From Nitrosopumilus sp. (GTDB taxonomy: Archaea > Thermoproteota > Nitrososphaeria > Nitrososphaerales > Nitrosopumilaceae): a stretch of 64,000 bases of DNA. A program made the position numbers and the translations under genes. Every line of letters starts with the position of its first letter. Position 1 is the first letter of the stretch. Under the pieces are notes generated by a model that was given only the letters and a program-made list of their open reading frames with translations, was not told the DNA's origin and did no database searches. The stretch lies in contig OZ244651.1 in NCBI GenBank assembly GCA_965218695.1, positions 1,440,001 through 1,504,000 on the forward strand. The letters are read 5' to 3'. This document shows positions 56,276 to 64,000 of this stretch, piece after piece.

Positions 56276-57577
56276 ATGGTTATGAACCTGCTCACAATCG
56301 GAGGCACAGATCCCTCGTCGGGTGCGGGAATTCAAAGCGACATCAAGACGTTTTTGGTACTGGGCGCATACGGGTTGACTGCAATCACGGCAATCACTTC
56401 CCAGAACACGTCAGGTTTTGGGAGAGTCAGGCCACTCCCAGGCAGTGCCCTAAAGGAACAGCTGGAGGCAGTCATGTCAGATTTCAGGATCGACGGGATA
56501 AAGATTGGAATGGTGTATGACACGGGAATAATAAAGATGCTGCACCGCATGCTTGGGGGACTGGAGGTTCCCATAGTGGTGGATCCTGTCATCGTCTCAA
56601 CGACCGGCGGAAGGCTGCTCAAAGAGTCTGCCGTGGAAGACTTTCGGAGACTCGTAGTTCCCCTTGCCACAGTCATCACTCCAAACATCTCAGAGGCAGA
56701 GACGCTTGCAGGAGTAAGGATTGGTCCGGAGAATACGCCAGAGAAGGTGGCAGGAATCATCCACAGTATGGGCGCAGGGGGAGTCATAATCACAGGGATC
56801 AAGACCGGCGGCAACACCATATCGGACCTCGTCATGGACGGCACCAAGAGCAGTCTGGTTCCGGGCCGCATGATTGCCGGGACAAACCACGGCAGCGGAT
56901 GCAACTATTCTGCAGCCATGCTGGTGTCGCTTGCAGAGGGGAACACCGTCGCAGAGTCTGCAAGGCAGGCCAAGAAGTTTGCCACGGATTCAATCAGAAA
57001 CGCAATGCATACGGAAGGGACGATTCCGGTGACCGTTCAGGCCGAGGATGCGATTCGCAGCCGCCTGTCAGGTGCAATCCACGGGTTTGTCAGGATCAGG
57101 GACATCTGCAAAAGCATCCCCGAGTGTCAGACAAACTTTGTGTACGCCAAAAGGAACCCAAAGACCGTGGGAGATATCCTTGGCATCTCTGGGAGGATCG
57201 TCAGGGCGGGGGACAGGGCAGTTCTTGCAGGACATCTCAAGTACGGCGGCTCAAAGCACGTGGCAACGGCACTTTACGCGGCAGGCAGAAAGTTCCCACG
57301 GATTCGCTCTGCGATAAATCTGAGGTATCGCGACTCTGCCATACTCAGGGCCAAGAGGGCGGGCATGACAGTATCCCATTATGACAGGAGCCGGGAGCCC
57401 AAAGACGTAAGCGCCACGGGATCCAGCGTGGCATGGGGGATCGGGCGTGCCATCAGGGGCCTTGACGGCCCGCCGGACGTGGTCTTCCACAAGGGTGGCT
57501 ACGGAAAGGAGCCCATGATCATAGTCTTTGGAACGGATCCGGACGACGTCCTGAAGAAGATCCGCAGCATCGTCTAG
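56276..57577 (+). CDS. thiDN: Bifunctional HMP/HMP-P kinase and thiamine-phosphate synthase (ThiD-ThiN)
   Basis: DPSSGAGIQSD, HGSGC, IPECQTN, GGSKHVA, GKEP. Confidence 0.93.
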   Translation: MVMNLLTIGGTDPSSGAGIQSDIKTFLVLGAYGLTAITAITSQNTSGFGRVRPLPGSALKEQLEAVMSDFRIDGIKIGMVYDTGIIKMLHRMLGGLEVPIVVDPVIVSTTGGRLLKESAVEDFRRLVVPLATVITPNISEAETLAGVRIGPENTPEKVAGIIHSMGAGGVIITGIKTGGNTISDLVMDGTKSSLVPGRMIAGTNHGSGCNYSAAMLVSLAEGNTVAESARQAKKFATDSIRNAMHTEGTIPVTVQAEDAIRSRLSGAIHGFVRIRDICKSIPECQTNFVYAKRNPKTVGDILGISGRIVRAGDRAVLAGHLKYGGSKHVATALYAAGRKFPRIRSAINLRYRDSAILRAKRAGMTVSHYDRSREPKDVSATGSSVAWGIGRAIRGLDGPPDVVFHKGGYGKEPMIIVFGTDPDDVLKKIRSIV

Positions 57578-57637
57578 GCCTGCGCCGGAATCCACCCTTG
57601 AGCATAAATAAATACACACGTTGCCAAAGCATAATCT

Positions 57638-58339
57638 GTGAAGGCAGTAATTCTGGCAGGTGGCCTGGGCACGAGGCTGCAGCCGTACACCACGTTTCTT
57701 CCAAAACCGATGCTTCCGCTGGGGGAGAAGCCGATCCTAGAGCACATAATAGACTGGGTCGCAGGGCACGACATAAGATCAATCGTATTGTGCGTAAGCT
57801 ATCTCAAGAAGACCATCCAGGACTACTTTGAGGACGGTCAGAGATTTGGGGTGGAGGTCAAGTATGCATCATCGAATAGGCCGCTTGCCACTGCAGGCCA
57901 GCTAAAGACTGCCGAGAGCCTCGTGGATGAAACCTTCGTGTGCATGTACGGCGACTCGATCTTTGACTTTAATCTGGGAGACATGGTATCCCATCACAAC
58001 ATGAGAAAGGCGTTTGTAACCATGGGCCTTAGCGAGTTCAGGACAAACCTTCCATACGGGGTGATCAGGACTTCAGATACTGGAGGCGTGCTTGGGTGGG
58101 ACGAAAAGCCCGAGATCAGCGCGACAGTAAACATGGGATGCTACGTAATGGAGCCAGAAGTGTTTGGGATGATACCGGGTGACGCGCCGTGCGGAATGGA
58201 CGAGATCATCAGGAGGGCCATCGGGGAGAAGAGGCAGGTGGAGAGCTTTATGGCCAAGGACGGATTCACGGACATTGGAGACAGGGCCTCATACAAGAGG
58301 ATACACAGGGAGTACATTGCAAGACTTGGCAGAATCTGA
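57638..58339 (+). CDS. Sugar-phosphate nucleotidyltransferase
   Basis: ILAGGLGTRL, PKPM. Confidence 0.92.
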   Translation: MKAVILAGGLGTRLQPYTTFLPKPMLPLGEKPILEHIIDWVAGHDIRSIVLCVSYLKKTIQDYFEDGQRFGVEVKYASSNRPLATAGQLKTAESLVDETFVCMYGDSIFDFNLGDMVSHHNMRKAFVTMGLSEFRTNLPYGVIRTSDTGGVLGWDEKPEISATVNMGCYVMEPEVFGMIPGDAPCGMDEIIRRAIGEKRQVESFMAKDGFTDIGDRASYKRIHREYIARLGRI

Positions 58340-58772
58340 CAGCATACGCATAAGGGAGCTGGAGGTAAAAGACATCGCATGCGGGTTTCTTGCCACGCTT
58401 GATGCACTGAGACCGGCAAGCGGCATGGATGTGGACAGGGCCAAGGAGATCCTCGGGAGGATTGACCAGAATCAGAATCACATCATAGTGGTCGCAGAGA
58501 GTGGAGGGACCGTGGTGGGCACGGGCACGCTTTTAATTGAGCCAAAATTCATTCATGACGGCGGGCTGGCAGGACACATCGAGGATGTCGCAGTGCACAG
58601 TGATTTTCAGGGACGCGGGATAGGCAGGATGATCATAATGCACCTTCTCAAGATTGCAGGAGACAGGGGATGCTACAAGACCGTCCTTGACTGTACCGAG
58701 GATGTCAGGCCGTTCTACGAGGAACTCGGGTTCAGACGCGTGGCAGACCAGCTAAGGGTGGATCACCCCTAA
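58326..58772 (+). CDS. GNAT acetyltransferase (glucosamine-6-phosphate N-acetyltransferase-like)
   Basis: EPKFIH, GHIEDVAV, QGRGIG, CYKTVLDC. Confidence 0.88.
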   Translation: MAESDSIRIRELEVKDIACGFLATLDALRPASGMDVDRAKEILGRIDQNQNHIIVVAESGGTVVGTGTLLIEPKFIHDGGLAGHIEDVAVHSDFQGRGIGRMIIMHLLKIAGDRGCYKTVLDCTEDVRPFYEELGFRRVADQLRVDHP

Positions 58773-59209
58773 AAGTACTCCTTTTTGGGACGGATCTTTT
58801 TGAGCTTCAGCAGGTAGGTGCCAAAGAGCATCACGGGTATGGACAGTACCATGAACAGCAACGGGGTATACACTACGGAGTCTGTCCTGTGCACGTCGCC
58901 TATCCTTCCAGTCAGCATGCTGCACACGTACATTCCCACAAGCAGCACGGCTCCGCCTGCAATTATCATGGCGCCTATAGGCCTTGAGCCATAGTGCCTT
59001 GACATGATGAATGATACTGCTGCAAGTATTCCTGCGGGGGCAGCGCCGATGGATGCAAACTGGATAAGCTTTGGATCCGCCTCAAAGAACTGCACAAGCT
59101 CAAGATCCCGCGGGATGTCGGCCATAAAGTTATAGATTGAGATCATCTCGCCGGCAAACATTCCAAACAGTGCAAGGCTGCCTACTGCGAGCCATTTCTC
59201 AAGAGCCAT
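58769..59209 (-). CDS. Four-TM membrane protein
   Basis: Four hydrophobic segments and a basic C-terminus. Confidence 0.8.
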   Translation of the reverse strand: MALEKWLAVGSLALFGMFAGEMISIYNFMADIPRDLELVQFFEADPKLIQFASIGAAPAGILAAVSFIMSRHYGSRPIGAMIIAGGAVLLVGMYVCSMLTGRIGDVHRTDSVVYTPLLFMVLSIPVMLFGTYLLKLKKIRPKKEYF

Positions 59210-59317
59210 GGCTCTCACGTACCGTGATTGATAAATAAACCATTCAAGTTGCATTGCCGCTGATGCGGCGTCGTCCCGGATTGGACATGTAAGAGTCCAT
59301 CATCATACTCCCCATCC

Positions 59318-60328
59318 TCATGATATCCCCACCAGTGCAGAAAACTCCTCCCTGCACGCAGCGCCAAGACGCTTTGCTGCATCCTCAGGCGAGACATCGT
59401 TTAGGAAGATGCCGTATCCCCTTTCCAGTCCGGACCACTGCCGGGTAACAGGATACACCTCTATGTGCCAGTGGATCTGCCGGGTGTTCTTCTTCTCAGG
59501 CGAGAGATGAAACACCATGTTGAACGAGACGTCCTTGACTACGCGCGTTAGCCCTCCCAGGGTGGATCTGATTATCAGGGAGAGATCGTTGATCTCCTTT
59601 TGGGTTATCTTGGAGAAGAGCGTGGTGTGTTTTTTGGGAGATATCCAGAACTCGTACGGATAGGACGACGACCATGGGCAATACGCGATGAACCCGTCTG
59701 TCTGCAGTATCTGCCGGGGGCCTCCGGTCTCATCGGTTATGATCTTGCACATCGGGCAGACGCCGTTCTCGTTTTGCATCCGGTGGTATGACTCAGCCTC
59801 GCCCCCGATCACGGGCGGAATGGTGGAGAATGTAAGCATGTTCAGGTGCGGGTGCCTGGTGTGGCTCCCGGAGAGGGGCCCGTGGTCTGCATAGATTGCA
59901 ACATACCTTACCCCCTTTTGGGCATACAGCCACTTCAGCCTGTCCTGCACCACCACCAGTATGTTGGACCACTGGTCCACGTCGATGGTTGCAAACGTAT
60001 CATCAGGATTCGGGGATGCGACCACGACGTAGTGGTACCCGTATGCAGGCTCGCTGTAGAACACCCCGTCGCCGTACAGGTTCTCAGCATCCACGGACAT
60101 GATGGGGTTGCTGCTAGGAACGACCCTGACGGACCAGCCCTGAACATACTCGCCCTCGCTGTCCTGAAGACGCCGCAGCATTCCGTCCTTTGCGACAAGG
60201 GACAGGACAGACGGGTTTGTGGCAGTCTCGTTTCCAGGCGAGTATGCAGTGTTGTCCTGGTTGGTATCGTCCGAATTGGAGATTATCATAAAGCGCTCAG
60301 ATACGTAATCCTTGCGCATGTTTCCCAT
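59318..60328 (-). CDS. galT: Galactose-1-phosphate uridylyltransferase family protein
   Basis: HPH motif, CPMC, YPYEFWISPKKH, HWHIE. Confidence 0.8.
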   Translation of the reverse strand: MGNMRKDYVSERFMIISNSDDTNQDNTAYSPGNETATNPSVLSLVAKDGMLRRLQDSEGEYVQGWSVRVVPSSNPIMSVDAENLYGDGVFYSEPAYGYHYVVVASPNPDDTFATIDVDQWSNILVVVQDRLKWLYAQKGVRYVAIYADHGPLSGSHTRHPHLNMLTFSTIPPVIGGEAESYHRMQNENGVCPMCKIITDETGGPRQILQTDGFIAYCPWSSSYPYEFWISPKKHTTLFSKITQKEINDLSLIIRSTLGGLTRVVKDVSFNMVFHLSPEKKNTRQIHWHIEVYPVTRQWSGLERGYGIFLNDVSPEDAAKRLGAACREEFSALVGIS

Positions 60329-60521
60329 AACGGTACTGCAATCTAAAACAGTTAAAATGTTTGCTAAACTGCATCCCGTGATAAACCGTGCAATGCAGGA
60401 AAAGTGCGTACGGATTGGCAGTAAGCCGCCCTGAACATGCTCGCCATGAATGGGGAGGGGCCCAAATGATTACGCTGGAAGATTTAAAGTAGAGCGACAA
60501 ACCGGGACAGACGGGGTATTC

Positions 60522-61811
60522 ATGGATAACTCGGATGTTCACTTGATTTACATTCTGCTGGACGGGGTTGGGGATCTCCCTCACCCGGATCTTGACGGAA
60601 GAACGCCGCTGGAGGCTGCGCACACCCCAATCCTCGACAGGATTGCCTCCAACGGCTCAATAGGCCAGGTAATCTCAGTCGGAAGGGGGATTGCCCCAGA
60701 ATCAGACATTGCAGTCTTTAACATGCTGGGATACAAGTTCAGCCACTCAGACTATGTAGGGCGGGGCGTAATCGAGGCAATAGGAATCGGAATCAACTTC
60801 AAGGACGGGGACCTTGCGCTGCGGGGGAACTATTCGACATTGGATGAGGACGGAATAATCGTAGACCGGAGGGCAGGAAGGCACATCAACAGGGAGGATG
60901 CAGACGGAATCGCAAGGGAGATCGAAGAGGGGGTGAAATTTTCCGAACCCGGAATCTCGGTGGCAGTCGCCCCCACAATAGGACACAGGGTGACAGTCAG
61001 GATAAGGAGGGAGTCGCGCATGCTGTCCTCAAAGATTACCAACACGGATCCGGCCTACAGCAACATCGGAGGAATGGGGGTGGCAAAGGCCGTCGGGGAC
61101 TTTTTGAAGGTTGAAAGGTGCCTGCCTCTTGACGGAACAGAGTCTGCCAGGTCTACTGCAGGAATCGTAAACGAGTTCTCTGAAAAGTCAATCGGCATTA
61201 TGAGGAAGAGTCAGATAAACAGAGACAGGCAGGCACAGGACAGGAAACAGCTCAGATGCATCCTGCTCAGGGATGCCGGAAACAGGTATCCCAACGTCAT
61301 GCCCATCAATGAAAAATACGGCATGAACTTTTCGTGCATAGTGGACATGCCAGTGGAGATCGGAATCTCCAAGGTCCTTAAGATGAAGGCCTTTGAGGCA
61401 GGTGGGCTGACAGACTATGAGGAGAAGGCAAGGGTTGCAGCAGAGGCCATGAAGACCCAGAATGCAATATACGTGCACCTCAAGGGTCCTGACGAATTTG
61501 GTCACGACGGGGACGCAGCGGGCAAGACCAGAAACATTGAGGAGATCGACCGGAGGTTCTTCAAGACGCTTGTCGAGGAGATAGACACAAGCAAGGTCAC
61601 CATAGTCATATCTGCAGACCACTCAACGCCGTGCATCAACAAGGGGCACAGCGACGACCCGGTTCCAATACTCGTCTCAGGGGATCACATCAGAAACGAC
61701 GGAACCACAAGAATGACTGAGAGGCAGGCCAAGGCCGGAAGCATCGGCCTTCTTCAGGGGGCCGACGTACTAGGGACGGCCCTAGGGCTTGTCAAATCTC
61801 AAAGAGGGTAA
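60522..61811 (+). CDS. apgM: 2,3-bisphosphoglycerate-independent phosphoglycerate mutase (archaeal)
   Basis: LDGVGD, PESD, DEFGHDG, ADHSTP, HSDDPVP. Confidence 0.93.
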   Translation: MDNSDVHLIYILLDGVGDLPHPDLDGRTPLEAAHTPILDRIASNGSIGQVISVGRGIAPESDIAVFNMLGYKFSHSDYVGRGVIEAIGIGINFKDGDLALRGNYSTLDEDGIIVDRRAGRHINREDADGIAREIEEGVKFSEPGISVAVAPTIGHRVTVRIRRESRMLSSKITNTDPAYSNIGGMGVAKAVGDFLKVERCLPLDGTESARSTAGIVNEFSEKSIGIMRKSQINRDRQAQDRKQLRCILLRDAGNRYPNVMPINEKYGMNFSCIVDMPVEIGISKVLKMKAFEAGGLTDYEEKARVAAEAMKTQNAIYVHLKGPDEFGHDGDAAGKTRNIEEIDRRFFKTLVEEIDTSKVTIVISADHSTPCINKGHSDDPVPILVSGDHIRNDGTTRMTERQAKAGSIGLLQGADVLGTALGLVKSQRG

Positions 61812-62352
61812 GGCGGTTTGCCTGCTGCATGTCAAGTGCGTTCTTTCGCATACGGTCAATGTCTATGGAATGGTATGCTGACGGGGAGGTGCCCAGCTTC
61901 TCCAGCACCCTGCGCAGCATTCCGATTCCAATGCGGTGCTCGTCCTTTTGGCCGTGTGCAAACGCAACTGCCATCAGAATGATTCCCTGAACCAGCTCCT
62001 TCTCCCGGCCAAAACACTTCTTCCAGACGCCCTCAAAGGCCTCGTGGCTCTCCCAGAACCTTTCGTTGTTAAAGTAGAATATGCCGTCACGTATTCCCTG
62101 CTCCTTGTCAATCTCCTCCTCAAAGACGTGTCGGATGTTGTCCACGGGGCCTATCGGGGACAGCTTCTCAACCAGCGTGTCAAGATCGTCCTCGTCTACT
62201 GAAACGTCCAGCTCTACAAACCTGTTGGCAACCCTTGCGACCCGTACGGATGCATTCATCTCGGATGCCAGATCCCGGGCCAGGTATACCACCTTGCGGG
62301 AGTCCTCTGAGGAGTATCCGGTGTTCTTCAAGTGAAGCATGTAGCGTTCCAT
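61792..62352 (-). CDS. DUF309-domain protein
   Basis: FNNERFWESHEAFEGVW...QGII. Confidence 0.85.
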   Translation of the reverse strand: MERYMLHLKNTGYSSEDSRKVVYLARDLASEMNASVRVARVANRFVELDVSVDEDDLDTLVEKLSPIGPVDNIRHVFEEEIDKEQGIRDGIFYFNNERFWESHEAFEGVWKKCFGREKELVQGIILMAVAFAHGQKDEHRIGIGMLRRVLEKLGTSPSAYHSIDIDRMRKNALDMQQANRLTLFEI

Positions 62353-62463
62353 GTGTACTGTGGTATGGTGATTTCTTAAATTTCTTACCAAACACGATGC
62401 GTGCTGGGGTCACATACACACGAGTCCGGGCATGCCCCATGCCCGGGCGTGTACCGGTTTCTT

Positions 62464-62595
62464 CAGATAACCCAAGTGTGATTATGGCGCGACAGGATCA
62501 AGTGGTGATTCAGGCGACATGATGCTTAGCAAGAGGCTCCATGCTCTTGTTTGTATTGAAAGTTTACCAGGATGAGTTCACATTTGGGTTATCTG
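62464..62595 (+). mobile_element. MITE copy C (ISH3-like ends)
   Basis: TIRs CAGATAACCCAAGTGTG and CACATTTGGGTTATCTG. Confidence 0.82.
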
Positions 62596-62641
62596 GTTAT
62601 TCAATCAAGGTTTATATGAAATAGGCAGAGACCTTGGATAC

Positions 62642-62950
62642 ATGTCCGTTGTGGAGTCCGTTGCAGATGTCGACAATACGTTCCTCTCCAGGAGGGAGAT
62701 TACATGCAATTTTACGGGACTTGCAGGCAAACTCAAAAAGCTCGAGGCAGCAGAGATGGTTACCAAAAAGTTCAGCCTGGACGGAAAGGTGGTAATCCCA
62801 ATGAGGCTAAAGACCCAGCTAGGAAAGCCCACAATCACGGGAATCTTTCATGTGTATGATGACGAGGAGCTCGCAAAGAGATACACCAATCCAAAGATTC
62901 TGGCAAGGCTGGACAGGATCAAGGCAGTGGAATCCAAGGAGTCAGAATAA
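62642..62950 (+). CDS. rps24e: 30S ribosomal protein S24e
   Basis: N.FLSRREI...G...VYD; coupled to S27ae. Confidence 0.85.
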   Translation: MSVVESVADVDNTFLSRREITCNFTGLAGKLKKLEAAEMVTKKFSLDGKVVIPMRLKTQLGKPTITGIFHVYDDEELAKRYTNPKILARLDRIKAVESKESE

Positions 62951-63123
62951 TGGCAGGAAAAAAGGGCATCAGTCCAAGTGTTTCATCGTACTACAAGATA
63001 GAAAATGACGCCATATCAAGGACAAGGAAGAACTGTTCCAGGTGCGGAAGGGGGATATTCATGTCCGAGCACAAGGACAGACACACCTGTGGAAAGTGCG
63101 GCCTGACCGAATTCAAGCAATAA
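62950..63123 (+). CDS. rps27ae: 30S ribosomal protein S27ae
   Basis: Hand translation: ...YYKI...CSRCGRGIFMSEHKDRHTCGKCGLTEF. Confidence 0.93.
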   Translation: MAGKKGISPSVSSYYKIENDAISRTRKNCSRCGRGIFMSEHKDRHTCGKCGLTEFKQ

Positions 63124-63147
63124 TAGTCAGTAGTAGTAGTAGTAGTG

Positions 63148-63855
63148 CTAATAGAGCCTCTTTGTGCGTATCTTGGAACTCTTCTCTTCAAGCTGCTGTA
63201 TCTTTAAGAGAAGGTCGGGATCGATGCTGATGCTGGAGAGGGACTCGGCAGACAGCTTTACGTTGTTTGCATCCAGCGAGATGTTGAACTTTGGAAGATC
63301 CTTGTCAATCCAGAACTTGGTCACCTTGTCTTCAAGCTTGTAGTCGCGAAAGCCTGCAGGAAACTTCTTTGTGATGTGGTTGAGCAGCGTCCTGTCCTCA
63401 AAGACCGTCCTGGGCTCGATGAGCCTCGTCTCGTCGGCATACACGTTCTCAAACAGGTTTCCGGAGACCTCGTCTGAGAGCAGCCGCATCTTTGAGATCC
63501 GCTGCATCAGCTCAAGGTAGTGCAGGAACTCGTGTGCCAGAACAGCATGAACCGTGCCCCGCAGGCCGTATGCGACAAGCGGGGCGGATATCTGAATGAC
63601 CACCTCAAAGTGCTCCTTGTACATTATTGGGATTGTTCTTGCAAACAGGATCCCGTACTCGAACCGGTTCAGGCCAGGAGAGGATACCACCAGGGACGGC
63701 TCCACGTATGCAACCGGGTACTTTATCCCGGAGGATCTTTCAATGCGGTTTATTCCCGCAACCACGATTGGAAAGCGTTCGGCCACTAGCCTGAAGACCT
63801 TGTAGGGGATGACTCCCTTGGAATGTGCATCTTTGAGGCGTATTAGCGGATCCAA
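63148..63855 (-). CDS. Conserved hypothetical protein with an HExxH motif
   Basis: VLAHEFLHY; long clean ORF. Confidence 0.8.
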   Translation of the reverse strand: MDPLIRLKDAHSKGVIPYKVFRLVAERFPIVVAGINRIERSSGIKYPVAYVEPSLVVSSPGLNRFEYGILFARTIPIMYKEHFEVVIQISAPLVAYGLRGTVHAVLAHEFLHYLELMQRISKMRLLSDEVSGNLFENVYADETRLIEPRTVFEDRTLLNHITKKFPAGFRDYKLEDKVTKFWIDKDLPKFNISLDANNVKLSAESLSSISIDPDLLLKIQQLEEKSSKIRTKRLY

Positions 63856-64000
63856 TATTCATCACTTGGCAATCACAGGCTGTGCGGGTATTATTATCAT
63901 GTCCTGTCAGGATCTGGGTTTCCCTGTAGTCTTCTTTTTGCGCGTAGCAGCCAGTTGGTCTGCATGTCTTTGGTGCTTATTTTTTTTTCTCGGTGGCATG

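Overview
Archaeal chromosome segment from an ammonia-oxidiser-type thaumarchaeon (Nitrosopumilaceae-like, inferred from the 16S-23S operon with no spacer tRNA, the DnaJ-ferredoxin, FBP aldolase/phosphatase and gene content). It is relatively GC-rich and about a quarter of it is insertion sequence (12 IS copies or remnants of IS5, IS630, IS66, ISH3 and IS481 types, plus a 3-copy MITE), a pattern suggesting a host-associated lineage. Core genes include nadE, ahcY, ychF, birA, tfb, hemL, tuf, rps10, rpoP, fbp, thiDN, galT, apgM, rps24e and rps27ae, plus a polyhydroxyalkanoate cluster (phaE, phaC, candidate phaR/phaP and a hydrolase). The main hidden feature is a single AT-rich DUF3800-family gene (minus strand, 14126->7835). 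Four independent IS insertions split it, it rejoins in frame across all the junctions, and its 3' end carries a GC-rich two-hairpin structure that may be an associated RNA. Two further genes are split by IS elements, and one IS is nested in another. All calls are by eye from sequence and motifs; no database search was run.
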